Positions 35,978-45,179 of a DNA stretch of 64,000 nt are shown in pieces. Numbering within the stretch: position 1 is the first letter of the stretch; the number at the start of each line of letters is the position of its first letter. Both the position numbers and the translations under genes were made by a program. The notes below the pieces were generated by a model, which saw only the letters and a program-made list of their open reading frames with translations, ran no database searches and was not told where the DNA came from. Source of the stretch: a virus. The DNA lies in IMG/VR virus record IMGVR_UViG_3300028034_000051, positions 8,414 through 72,413 of that record. One strand, 5' to 3'.

Positions 35978-37184
35978 CTACTTTCACAATATCTAGAGTT
36001 TTGTTATCTGCAACACGTGTGATCTCCAATTCTTCCTCTGTTGCTTTTCTAGTTATTTGTGGATTAACGTCCAAAATCTTACGAAATATATCGACTACTC
36101 TTGCCATATCAAATGCAATTGGATTACTGTAATATCCTTCCATCTCTGTTGTTGATTCTTTTGATATGTCATCTGTTAATATTGATGACGAATAGTAGCC
36201 TGGCATAGTTAAAACTACATCTAAAGGTGGATTTAAGGCACTATCTATTAAGAGCACATTCTTTCCACTATACCTACCAATATATAAAATCCTGTTACTT
36301 AACACTTGCAATCCTTCACTTATTCCTGTATTCACTTTTAGCCTTGTATTAAGTGAACAATCAAGATTGTAAATATCAGCATAGGCTTGGTATGTGCTAT
36401 TTTCGTATTTATAAAGTCCACACACAAAATATTCACCTGTAGTATTGAATTTTAAGTTATTAATAAATTCTGCAACTTGATTTTCTGATAGTATGTCACC
36501 TGTTTGTGCATCAATTGTTCTTATCCAATTATTATTATTTACATCTCTATAAAACATAGCAATTCTGTTGCTTACACTTGAATAATCAAAAGCACGTATG
36601 TCTGTATCTTTATCATTGGGCATACTATTTAATATATTGCCTGTATCATAATCAACAAACGTTACTGATGAATTTTCTCTGCTATGTCTCACTTGTATGA
36701 ATGTTTGTTCATCTATAAATAAAATTTCTGATATCCCTCTTGCAAGCATCGACTCAATAAATGTACCATCAACATCATATTTGCATAAATCATACTCCCC
36801 AACTAATATTTGAGTATTATCAGGTGACATTTCTATGAAATAGACATCATAAGAATATTGTGCTTCTTGCAAATCAAAGAATTTAACAATTTCCCCCGTT
36901 GATATTGTAATCTTGAGCACTTCACAATTAGTTGTAACAGCAAATAATATATCATCAGTGTACCATGTAATGTCTTTTAGTTCACCGCCATTAAATTGGT
37001 TTTCCCAATATCCATGCAATGTGGCAGTTTTGTAGTCATATATGAAAATCTCATTTCCATCATGATAGGCATCACCATTGAATAGTGCTATTAGTTCTTT
37101 GTTAGGACTTAAATAAGTGTTCTTCCATGAGCCATAAGCCCTACTATCAATATTAAAACTGAATATAGTATCGCCCTGTGCCAT
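35961..37184 (-). CDS. WD40-like beta-propeller protein (putative receptor-binding/tail accessory)
   Basis: Repeated SPD/SPN and D..TG.I blade motifs. Confidence 0.6.
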   Translation of the reverse strand: MAQGDTIFSFNIDSRAYGSWKNTYLSPNKELIALFNGDAYHDGNEIFIYDYKTATLHGYWENQFNGGELKDITWYTDDILFAVTTNCEVLKITISTGEIVKFFDLQEAQYSYDVYFIEMSPDNTQILVGEYDLCKYDVDGTFIESMLARGISEILFIDEQTFIQVRHSRENSSVTFVDYDTGNILNSMPNDKDTDIRAFDYSSVSNRIAMFYRDVNNNNWIRTIDAQTGDILSENQVAEFINNLKFNTTGEYFVCGLYKYENSTYQAYADIYNLDCSLNTRLKVNTGISEGLQVLSNRILYIGRYSGKNVLLIDSALNPPLDVVLTMPGYYSSSILTDDISKESTTEMEGYYSNPIAFDMARVVDIFRKILDVNPQITRKATEEELEITRVADNKTLDIVKVGDAYE

Positions 37185-37185
37185 A

Positions 37186-37407
37186 TTAATCTACTCCCCA
37201 TTGAGCCAGAATATTTTTTGCTTCTGTTTTGGTTATTTCTTGTATTTGGGCTGATTGTTCAACTTTCATATCAACTGAATCCTCTGCTCTCCAAATACAT
37301 TGCGTCTCGTCTGGAGAATAACCACAATTACTGTAATCCTTGTGACCAACATCTGGATAACTAAAACTAGTTCCAATCTTATCAGTATTAATAAGATAAT
37401 ATTTCAT
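37186..37407 (-). CDS. Small hypothetical tail-region protein
   Basis: In operon with SD. Confidence 0.55.
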   Translation of the reverse strand: MKYYLINTDKIGTSFSYPDVGHKDYSNCGYSPDETQCIWRAEDSVDMKVEQSAQIQEITKTEAKNILAQWGVD

Positions 37408-37422
37408 TCTTAATCACCGTCC

Positions 37423-37785
37423 TTATACTATTTTTGGAACTTCAAGCGGACACTTAATTGTCGCCTTATCTGCATCTTGAGTTAACTCCGTAGTAGAAAC
37501 ACTTTGAACTGGGCCCAGTGAATCTGTAGAACTACCATTAGGAAATAATACCCCTTGATCAATAGTAACTGGTAATGGAATATCCGAGTCACTACCATTA
37601 ATCTCAACTGAAAGCTCCATTGGGTTATTCCCTTGTGTATGCGTCCAACTTACTCTGCTATCAGACAACGGCAATCTTACAATTGCATTCCCGTTGTCAT
37701 TCTGTAATTCTATATGAATACTACTGTTACGGATCAATGTTTCCCGAATCCATTCGTAGCCGTTTGAATTGAATTCAACTGCCAA
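37423..37785 (-). CDS. Tail-region structural protein
   Basis: SD GGGAGGTG; beta-rich acidic. Confidence 0.6.
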   Translation of the reverse strand: MAVEFNSNGYEWIRETLIRNSSIHIELQNDNGNAIVRLPLSDSRVSWTHTQGNNPMELSVEINGSDSDIPLPVTIDQGVLFPNGSSTDSLGPVQSVSTTELTQDADKATIKCPLEVPKIV

Positions 37786-37790
37786 TTATG

Positions 37791-38006
37791 TCACCTCCCT
37801 AGATTTTGTTTTTTTTTATTATCGTAAGTAAAACTAACACTAACCCCTACCGCATTTGCTAACTTTTTAATTGCTGTTATCATTTCTTCTTTAGTGATAA
37901 GATCCAATTCATCTGCTAATTCTGCATTTTCGTCTGCTAATTTTTCTAAGCCCTTTTCAATTTTAACACTACCGTCTAATTGTTTATTAGCATTGAATTT
38001 AGTCAA
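37791..38006 (-). CDS. Small hypothetical protein
   Basis: In operon, TTG start with SD. Confidence 0.5.
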   Translation of the reverse strand: MTKFNANKQLDGSVKIEKGLEKLADENAELADELDLITKEEMITAIKKLANAVGVSVSFTYDNKKKQNLGR

Positions 38007-38498
38007 TTAAATCACCTCCACTTGAGTCTGTGGGTGATTTCTAAATAAATCCCCTTGATAACTGATAATATAATTGCCTACATCAGTTACTTCAACAACT
38101 TGCTCACCATGATTATTAGTGATAGGTATATTTATTGGAATATCTTCAAAATAAACAGTCACAGATGCTATATCATCAACTGCAATAGTATCTTTAATAT
38201 CAACTATAATAGTCAATTTAGAACTTACAGAAGTATTTACTGTAACCTTATCAGTGACTAATTCTATTTTAGGTTTGGGAACAACATTATCATTAACTAC
38301 TCTTAATTCGTTTTGAGCTTGATTAGTAAGCATATTTTGGTCAATAGTTATAAATGACATATACTTTTTAGCATCTTCTGATACTCTAGCACTACGATAC
38401 AATGCTTCATCAGAAGGTAATCCTGCACTACCATGAGGTTCTGGCTGACATCTTAATATCTCGTTGGTTCTGGTATCGTATAATATTTTGCTAGGCAT
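38007..38498 (-). CDS. Tail fibre-associated protein
   Basis: Coupled to gpJ-like gene. Confidence 0.6.
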   Translation of the reverse strand: MPSKILYDTRTNEILRCQPEPHGSAGLPSDEALYRSARVSEDAKKYMSFITIDQNMLTNQAQNELRVVNDNVVPKPKIELVTDKVTVNTSVSSKLTIIVDIKDTIAVDDIASVTVYFEDIPINIPITNNHGEQVVEVTDVGNYIISYQGDLFRNHPQTQVEVI

Positions 38499-41400
38499 TA
38501 ATCAGCACCTCCTTCAATTGCAATCCACATTACTTCGCCATTATCAACAATTTGGTCTCTCCAAAAGCTCCATTTTGTTATAATAAGTGATCCCTTTGCT
38601 ATTTCTATTTTAATGGCATATTTCCCCGCAGGTAAGTTAGGAATTAGAATTTTATTCGTTGGCCCATAACTGCCATATAATGTCCAACCAGTATCATTAT
38701 ATTCTTTATAATATACATTTACAGGGAACGGAGCATCACCTGTATAAAACGTTACAGACAATTTTGTTACATCACTTTGCGAAGTATATGATGATATCCA
38801 TATTGGATTTTGATAATCAAGAGTTACATCAGTAATATCATTAACATGCTCTATGCCTTTAATGATTGAATGACCGTATGCATAGAAACCATCTTTTGAA
38901 ATAGCACTGGCAAAGCTTTCATAAGTTTGCGTTTTCCCACTATAATTAACATTATAACTCATTAAACTTTTGATAGCCGTTTGCACTTTTGGAGCTTTAT
39001 CCCACCCGAGATTAATATAATCACCATCCTGTGCTACACCGTAAGCTACTCGTTTACTATACCAATGAGGAATAGTTGAACCTGCTTCATAAAATTTCAA
39101 ATGATCATCATTCAATATTGACCTATCACCATCTGAACCGACAATCTCAATCCCATCTTCACCATTGATTAGCATACCACCCGGGTACATTTGTACATTT
39201 CCTGCTCCAATTGTTGGTTCAGCATCATAGAATGGTGCGTTAGATTTATGCCAAGATAAAACTTCTTCGTTTGTGTGTGCTTTATCAGAAATCATAAGTT
39301 CATCAATTAGAACACCTTTAATTGAATGACCAAACTCTAAACGGCTCATTTCTTGCGTTACTGTCCCAGTACCTTTTTTAGTTCCATCCCCATATACAGT
39401 CACAGTCCCATTCTCTCTTACAAAAGTTACTGTATGCCATTCATAAGGAAGGAAGTTATTAACTGCATTAGGACAACCACTCACTCTAATATCTTGATAA
39501 GCAGTTTCACACCACCATCTACCAGAGTGGTCACTATTCCACCAATTAAATACATCTTGCCATCTATCAGTTGAATCATCATACTCTTTAGTAATTGCAA
39601 CTTCAAAATGTAAAGTAAAATCACCTGTGCCTATTTGTGGTGTTTTATAATCTAGCACTCCATTTGGTCTACTTCCATCTACAAAACTAGTTGAAAATGA
39701 TTTGCTTTCAATCTGCATCCTTTTTGCATAAGATGTACCTGTATCAATAGTGCCTGGATAATGATATATAGCAAATCCTAATCTATCAGCAGGATTACCA
39801 TCACTTCCTAATACACTATCATCTCGAGTGAATGTTATTGAATATCTATCATATGAAGTTTTAGTAGATGATAGAGCCACGGCACCTATCCATTCACCAT
39901 TAGGGTTTTTAGAATAGATATAAAATCTAACTTCACCACCAGCATCTTTTCTAGCTTGATCTATTTTCAAGTCTACAGAGAAAGTGACTTTATCTCCATT
40001 AGACATACCTAACTTAGCAAATGTATATGACTCTGTCCAAAAACTATATCCTGTTCCAGAATAGGCTAGTTCACCAGTTGCGTAATTGTTTTGTGCAAGA
40101 TTAGTTGTACCTTCTTCAATTGCTACCGCACCGCCGAATACACCTTCGTTTGGTCTTAAAGTAGCAACTGGTGTTCCAACTGGCTTAACCCCATCTGTAC
40201 TAACTAATGACCTGTCAAAGTGCCATAGGTGCGCATCTTCTGGTTTTGTTGGATTTGCGTAAGCCTTTGCATTACTCTCAGCACTATCAGCTTTAGCCTG
40301 TGCTCCAGCTTCATTTTCTGCCGGTGATCCCGAAACAGTTATGCCGTTAGCATCAATATAGGTAGAACTGTTTTCACTTTGAACTTTCATATTTCCGGTA
40401 AGTGTAAGAACCTGGGCTAATATTTCATCAGATAAAGTTACAGTCCAGAATTTCAATTCGTATAATGTTAATGCTGCATCAAATACTATTCTCATTTTGT
40501 TTGTAGCTACCATCTTATCATTATCAAACCGTTTTATATTCCATTGGTTGGCATTGCAAGCCACAGGACTAGTACTAGAACCTATTACATCTATCCAAGC
40601 TTCTGTGTCTTTGTCCCAAGCTTGTACATAGTAATTACAGGCAACACTAGGATAGAATCTAACCATGTCAAAGAACCACTGCATCGGATATTCAAAAGTA
40701 ATGGTTGGTGCACTACCGAAAGCAGGTCCTAATCCTGTATCCATATCCCAAAGTTGTTCTAATGATCCAGAGCTTGGCGTTACATCACTTATAGGATTAA
40801 TATTGAACGATTGATTTATATCCTTTGCATCAATTAGGTTAGGAGTAATTGAGCCACTACCCCATGGCCCTTGTTGACCTAACTTATCTATAAATCTAGC
40901 TCTTACATAGTTAGTTGTATCACCAATAGCAGGTACTTCTCTGATAAAATCTTTTCCTTTATAAATCTCCGGACTACCAAAATTACTGTCGGTATCAATT
41001 TGAAATTCGATAATATCTAAGTCTTTGATATTCGGATCATCAACTGCTAATTGTAATTGCGATAGTGTAGAATTGATATGTAGTGTCGGCATTGGTGGTA
41101 CCGAGTTGGTAACAGTTACACTCACTGCATTAGCTGAATATACACCGCTACGATTGAATGCTTTGATATAGAATGTCTCACTAACTGTTTCTGGTTCCTT
41201 AATGTGAGATAATGCATTACCTCGATAGATCAATTCTGAATTAGCAGTCGTATCTTGACCCCAGTTCATATCTGCGGTTCTTATTTCAAATCCTGACTTA
41301 TCTTGATCAGGTATATCATTCCATTGTAAGACTATCTTATCTTCAAAAGTACATGTAGCCCAGGTAACATCACTTGGTGGATTTTCATTACCAGTTATAG

Positions 41401-43060
41401 TTATTGTAGTAGTTGGTGATGTTCCAAAGTCTGCTTTAATACCGTGCCTATTTTCAGAAACTACCTTAACATCGTAAATTTCTGGACTAACTGGTTTGAT
41501 ATCAAATTCTAATTCTTCAGTTCTGCCTGCATAATTCCATTCAATTGCTGAGCTAACCTTGTAATAAATATGAGCATATTTCCAGTAATGATCTACTGGC
41601 TTATCGTATGTTACATGAATAACAGGCACATAAGACCCATCTCCTATCAACTCGCCACTTTCAACTGCTGTTAAATTAAGTACATTATCCGGCTTAGCAA
41701 ATGGATTAGGCAACGTAGAATCTTTTTTAGGTTGCTCTACTACTCCCGAATCTGAATATATTGCATCATTATATTCCTGGCAAACTAACCTCATTTCGTC
41801 ATTCTCTTCTTCGTGAATCTCTAAAATACGAAACTCTTTATCTACCCAACCAGGAACATCATGACTTACTGTAATTACATCTCCCACTTCACAATGCAAA
41901 CTATCTATCCCTACTTTGAATTCACAAAATGTAGAGCAAAATTTAGCTTTTTTCTGATAGAACCTTGCTAATCTTCCGGCCTGGTTAAACCGGTTGATTC
42001 CAAGTAGAGATATAGTCTTATCTACTACTTCCCCTCTCTTTTCAATATCTCGATCGTCGGTATATTGAGCGTATACTTTTTGCCAATTTTTATTAGGATC
42101 CGTATACTGGACTAAAACTTTGTTAGGAACTTCTTTTCTACTACTTTTATTGTAACTAAACGAATCCTCAACTATATTATCCATGGTGTAACTCTGCACC
42201 GGTGCTTCCGGCATATCTGCTTTAAGTCTTAATTCTCCACCTGAATAAAGTAAAAATGCTCTAAAAGTACCAAGTATACTTTGAATAATATCTAAACTAG
42301 ATTGTTTAGCGTCAATTACATAATCTAATTTAAACCTTGGAACTTGGTTACCGCTGCCATCATCAACCGTTTCATCACAATGATTAGCAACAGTTTTAAA
42401 TGACTCTAAATCAATATGTTGCTTATCTATTCCCAGGCCATAACGTGAATTAGTTAAGAAATCAAGTAAACAATAAGCTGGATTTTGAGAGTATTGAGTA
42501 ACCCAGCTAGAAGTACCATTATTCCATACTTCAACTTCCCTACCTTCTATAATAGAAGTTATAGTTGGAGTACCACTTAATTCTAATTCTTCAGCATCCA
42601 AAGAAGCTGAAATGTAAGCTAAAAAAGGAAATGTTTCACCATTAAGATTAATACTATCTGCTGTTTGAGCCCGGTTTCCTAGCCTAATATTAGCAGTTAT
42701 GCTTACATTGTCTGCTTTAATTGAAGATATAGACTTAATAGGTCCTTCGGATACTCCAACTTGAATATCCATGTATTGATCATTATCACCAGATATCTTT
42801 TGAAAAATTATATTACCGGCAACTCTATTTCTTCCGTATGCCACCGGAATAGGTAATTCTTGCGATTTTGTATTACGAATAGGGCCAAACGAATAAGTTG
42901 AAGAACTAGCTAATTGAGATTCTAATTCTTGGGCCTGTTGGTAATTATCGTAGCTTCTACCAAGCGAAAAACCCATCATTACTCCCCGAAGGATATTAGC
43001 CCCAATTGCTTCAGCTGTAAACCCTCCTATTACTGCTCCTATCGCTGCTCCAGCTCCCAA
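38498..43060 (-). CDS. Central tail fibre / host specificity protein (gpI+gpJ-like) with FN3-like and LamG/carbohydrate-binding domains
   Basis: PIPVAYG, SEGPI, NPAYCLLDFLT..RYGLG, GDVITV; AIEEGTTNL...IDELMIS. Confidence 0.88.
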   Translation of the reverse strand: MGAGAAIGAVIGGFTAEAIGANILRGVMMGFSLGRSYDNYQQAQELESQLASSSTYSFGPIRNTKSQELPIPVAYGRNRVAGNIIFQKISGDNDQYMDIQVGVSEGPIKSISSIKADNVSITANIRLGNRAQTADSINLNGETFPFLAYISASLDAEELELSGTPTITSIIEGREVEVWNNGTSSWVTQYSQNPAYCLLDFLTNSRYGLGIDKQHIDLESFKTVANHCDETVDDGSGNQVPRFKLDYVIDAKQSSLDIIQSILGTFRAFLLYSGGELRLKADMPEAPVQSYTMDNIVEDSFSYNKSSRKEVPNKVLVQYTDPNKNWQKVYAQYTDDRDIEKRGEVVDKTISLLGINRFNQAGRLARFYQKKAKFCSTFCEFKVGIDSLHCEVGDVITVSHDVPGWVDKEFRILEIHEEENDEMRLVCQEYNDAIYSDSGVVEQPKKDSTLPNPFAKPDNVLNLTAVESGELIGDGSYVPVIHVTYDKPVDHYWKYAHIYYKVSSAIEWNYAGRTEELEFDIKPVSPEIYDVKVVSENRHGIKADFGTSPTTTITITGNENPPSDVTWATCTFEDKIVLQWNDIPDQDKSGFEIRTADMNWGQDTTANSELIYRGNALSHIKEPETVSETFYIKAFNRSGVYSANAVSVTVTNSVPPMPTLHINSTLSQLQLAVDDPNIKDLDIIEFQIDTDSNFGSPEIYKGKDFIREVPAIGDTTNYVRARFIDKLGQQGPWGSGSITPNLIDAKDINQSFNINPISDVTPSSGSLEQLWDMDTGLGPAFGSAPTITFEYPMQWFFDMVRFYPSVACNYYVQAWDKDTEAWIDVIGSSTSPVACNANQWNIKRFDNDKMVATNKMRIVFDAALTLYELKFWTVTLSDEILAQVLTLTGNMKVQSENSSTYIDANGITVSGSPAENEAGAQAKADSAESNAKAYANPTKPEDAHLWHFDRSLVSTDGVKPVGTPVATLRPNEGVFGGAVAIEEGTTNLAQNNYATGELAYSGTGYSFWTESYTFAKLGMSNGDKVTFSVDLKIDQARKDAGGEVRFYIYSKNPNGEWIGAVALSSTKTSYDRYSITFTRDDSVLGSDGNPADRLGFAIYHYPGTIDTGTSYAKRMQIESKSFSTSFVDGSRPNGVLDYKTPQIGTGDFTLHFEVAITKEYDDSTDRWQDVFNWWNSDHSGRWWCETAYQDIRVSGCPNAVNNFLPYEWHTVTFVRENGTVTVYGDGTKKGTGTVTQEMSRLEFGHSIKGVLIDELMISDKAHTNEEVLSWHKSNAPFYDAEPTIGAGNVQMYPGGMLINGEDGIEIVGSDGDRSILNDDHLKFYEAGSTIPHWYSKRVAYGVAQDGDYINLGWDKAPKVQTAIKSLMSYNVNYSGKTQTYESFASAISKDGFYAYGHSIIKGIEHVNDITDVTLDYQNPIWISSYTSQSDVTKLSVTFYTGDAPFPVNVYYKEYNDTGWTLYGSYGPTNKILIPNLPAGKYAIKIEIAKGSLIITKWSFWRDQIVDNGEVMWIAIEGGAD

Positions 43061-43062
43061 AC

Positions 43063-43470
43063 CTATTCACCTCCAATTCTCCATATTGAATGCAATCTAT
43101 TTTTCCATCTATTCAAACGAGCAACTTCTACTTTTCTATCTTCTAATACATGAATAAATTTATTTCTACTAACTAAAACTCCACTATGAGTAGGCACTTT
43201 GCAAAAACAAAAAACAACCACATCTAATGGTTGTTTACTTTCAAACTCTATTTTATTTGCATGTTTCTCTAACCCCTCAATAAATCGTTTAGGATCATCT
43301 TCATACCAATTCTTTTTAATTTTTCTACCATCATCATTTGGCAAGGTAATACCATTATCAGCAAGAAAATTAATTATAAGTCCAAGACAATCTAACCCTT
43401 CCAAATCTCTTCCATTATGAGTATAAGATATTCCTATATACTTTCTAATGATATCCTGCATATTAACCAA
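43063..43470 (-). CDS. NlpC/P60 tail tip protein (gpK-like)
   Basis: GRD..GLDCLG, H.G, FIH. Confidence 0.88.
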   Translation of the reverse strand: MVNMQDIIRKYIGISYTHNGRDLEGLDCLGLIINFLADNGITLPNDDGRKIKKNWYEDDPKRFIEGLEKHANKIEFESKQPLDVVVFCFCKVPTHSGVLVSRNKFIHVLEDRKVEVARLNRWKNRLHSIWRIGGE

Positions 43471-44302
43471 ACTCTCTCGGATCTTTTATTTCTGGTATAG
43501 CTAAGAAACCACCGTAATATTGGGTATTGGACCAAAATGCACAACCATGGCCAGCATCATAAGATTTGTCGCAACCTGTTTTCATGCTATATGAATCTCC
43601 AGCAGCTGCAGAAGAAAAAGGATAATCTACCTTTACATAGCCACTTCCGGATTCAATTATATCTCTAGTTTCATTACCAATTGTGATGCTCCCATGCTTC
43701 CAGTAGTTATTTGTTTCAGTTATACCTGCATCATTAATAGTAAGATAATCGCTAGAAATACTATCAACAATACCACTTTTCGTCGGTACTGTAGCTCCGC
43801 AAGTGTCTGGATTGCCAAATTGCCAGTTACAACTTACTTGATATTCTCGGCCTGGTAATTGTTTATCTAATGTATCTAACTTTGAAACTACATTGACCTT
43901 CATAGCATTTTGAGTAATCTGCGGTGAATCCATTATACCATCAAAAACTACTACTTTATTTGCTGGATTGCCAAGAGCATCTAAGAACACTTTCCAAATT
44001 TCAAGACTACGGCCACGGAATTCTGTATTAGCAATATAAGATGACATTTCTCTACTAACATTGTCGATTGAAACTGAGGTTTCATCTACTTTAGTGTCTA
44101 CATTAGTTGAAATTGTGTCTCTGCTAAATGCAAAAGCTGTGTATGTTTGTGGATTATCATTTTCATCGAAAAACTCAATGTCTTCTGGATGATTAGCCAA
44201 GTATAATGTTGTTTCATCAAGATGTACTAATAATAATTCTACTGGCCGGTTCGCTTCTTTGTCCTTTTCCATTGTTACGTTAGTACTTAAATCACGAGAC
44301 AT
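43463..44302 (-). CDS. Tail tip hub protein (gpL/DUF2163-like)
   Basis: C.W.FG...C and GCDK...C....N...YGGF Cys motif. Confidence 0.85.
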   Translation of the reverse strand: MSRDLSTNVTMEKDKEANRPVELLLVHLDETTLYLANHPEDIEFFDENDNPQTYTAFAFSRDTISTNVDTKVDETSVSIDNVSREMSSYIANTEFRGRSLEIWKVFLDALGNPANKVVVFDGIMDSPQITQNAMKVNVVSKLDTLDKQLPGREYQVSCNWQFGNPDTCGATVPTKSGIVDSISSDYLTINDAGITETNNYWKHGSITIGNETRDIIESGSGYVKVDYPFSSAAAGDSYSMKTGCDKSYDAGHGCAFWSNTQYYGGFLAIPEIKDPREFG

Positions 44303-44641
44303 TTATAACACCTCCACTAAAGGCAATCCAAACTTAAACATCAAATCATAAAATACTTCTCGACTAAGCTTATCTACTCCAAAACGGACTTTGATCACTT
44401 CTCCAGTTCTCGGATGAGTCCAGTTAAAAACTTCAAATTTACCTTTTCTTGCTTTAAAAAAGTTATATATTTCATCAGCAGGAGTTTCCTGCTTTTCAAA
44501 TTTAAGCTGAAATTTGCGTTTTGGACTTCCTTTACTTCTACGCTGTTCTTTGCCTGATTCAAACTTGGTAATCAAAGTATTATATTTTATATCTTCTGTC
44601 CTTACTCTGTGAGCAGGCCATATGAATTCTGGTAGTGCCAT
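44303..44641 (-). CDS. Distal tail protein (gpM/DUF2460-like)
   Basis: SGKEQRR, FF.ARKG...F.W..P, VRF. Confidence 0.8.
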   Translation of the reverse strand: MALPEFIWPAHRVRTEDIKYNTLITKFESGKEQRRSKGSPKRKFQLKFEKQETPADEIYNFFKARKGKFEVFNWTHPRTGEVIKVRFGVDKLSREVFYDLMFKFGLPLVEVL

Positions 44642-44702
44642 ATCACCACCTCCATTTTATTGCATAAAAAACCACCTTCTTAAAAGGTGGTTAAAAACTT
44701 TA

Positions 44703-44804
44703 TTAACAATATTTATTTATTAAATTGGCAATTTCACTCTTAGGTATGTCGCTTTTGTCTTTTTTAGAATAAACAATAACTAGAACATCATACTGGCCTG
44801 CCAT
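44703..44804 (-). pseudogene. Internally deleted RelE/HigB-like toxin remnant (33 aa)
   Basis: MAGQYDV joined to LVIVYSKKDKSDIPKSEIANLINKYC, resembling toxin C-terminus; follows antitoxin-like gene. Confidence 0.55.
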
Positions 44805-44807
44805 CAA

Positions 44808-44960
44808 TTACTCCCCCTGGGCTTCTTCCTCTTCTAAAAAATCGTCTATAGATGTTTTAGGCAATTTACCTTCTCTCATTAATTGCATTTCTTTTAATGA
44901 TTCTTTTAATGATTCACGTGGGGAGTGTTCTTCAATTTCAGTTTTAGCTACGGCACTCAT
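44808..44960 (-). CDS. Putative type II antitoxin (moron)
   Basis: ESLKESLKEMQLMREGKLPK.S..DF; SD AAGGAGGGGG; own promoter TTTACA-17-TATAAT at 45096-45068. Confidence 0.6.
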   Translation of the reverse strand: MSAVAKTEIEEHSPRESLKESLKEMQLMREGKLPKTSIDDFLEEEEAQGE

Positions 44961-45179
44961 ATTATCCCCCTCCTTTTTATGATTATATCCATTATCATCA
45001 CACATATCCATCACCTCGTAAGATTATACTCTCCAGATGACGAAAATATTATTTACTTTGTAACTTAATTATAGCACTTTATATCTTGAATGTAAAGATA
45101 TGAGAGTCAAAATATTTATTCAATACTTAGAAACTTTCTGCAGTCTTATCCATTTATTTTTTCTTTGTACATGCTTTTT

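Noticed and set aside
35961-43060. Diversity-generating retroelement or invertase shufflon acting on tail fibres
   Set aside because: No reverse transcriptase, invertase or TR/VR-like repeat pair seen in the window
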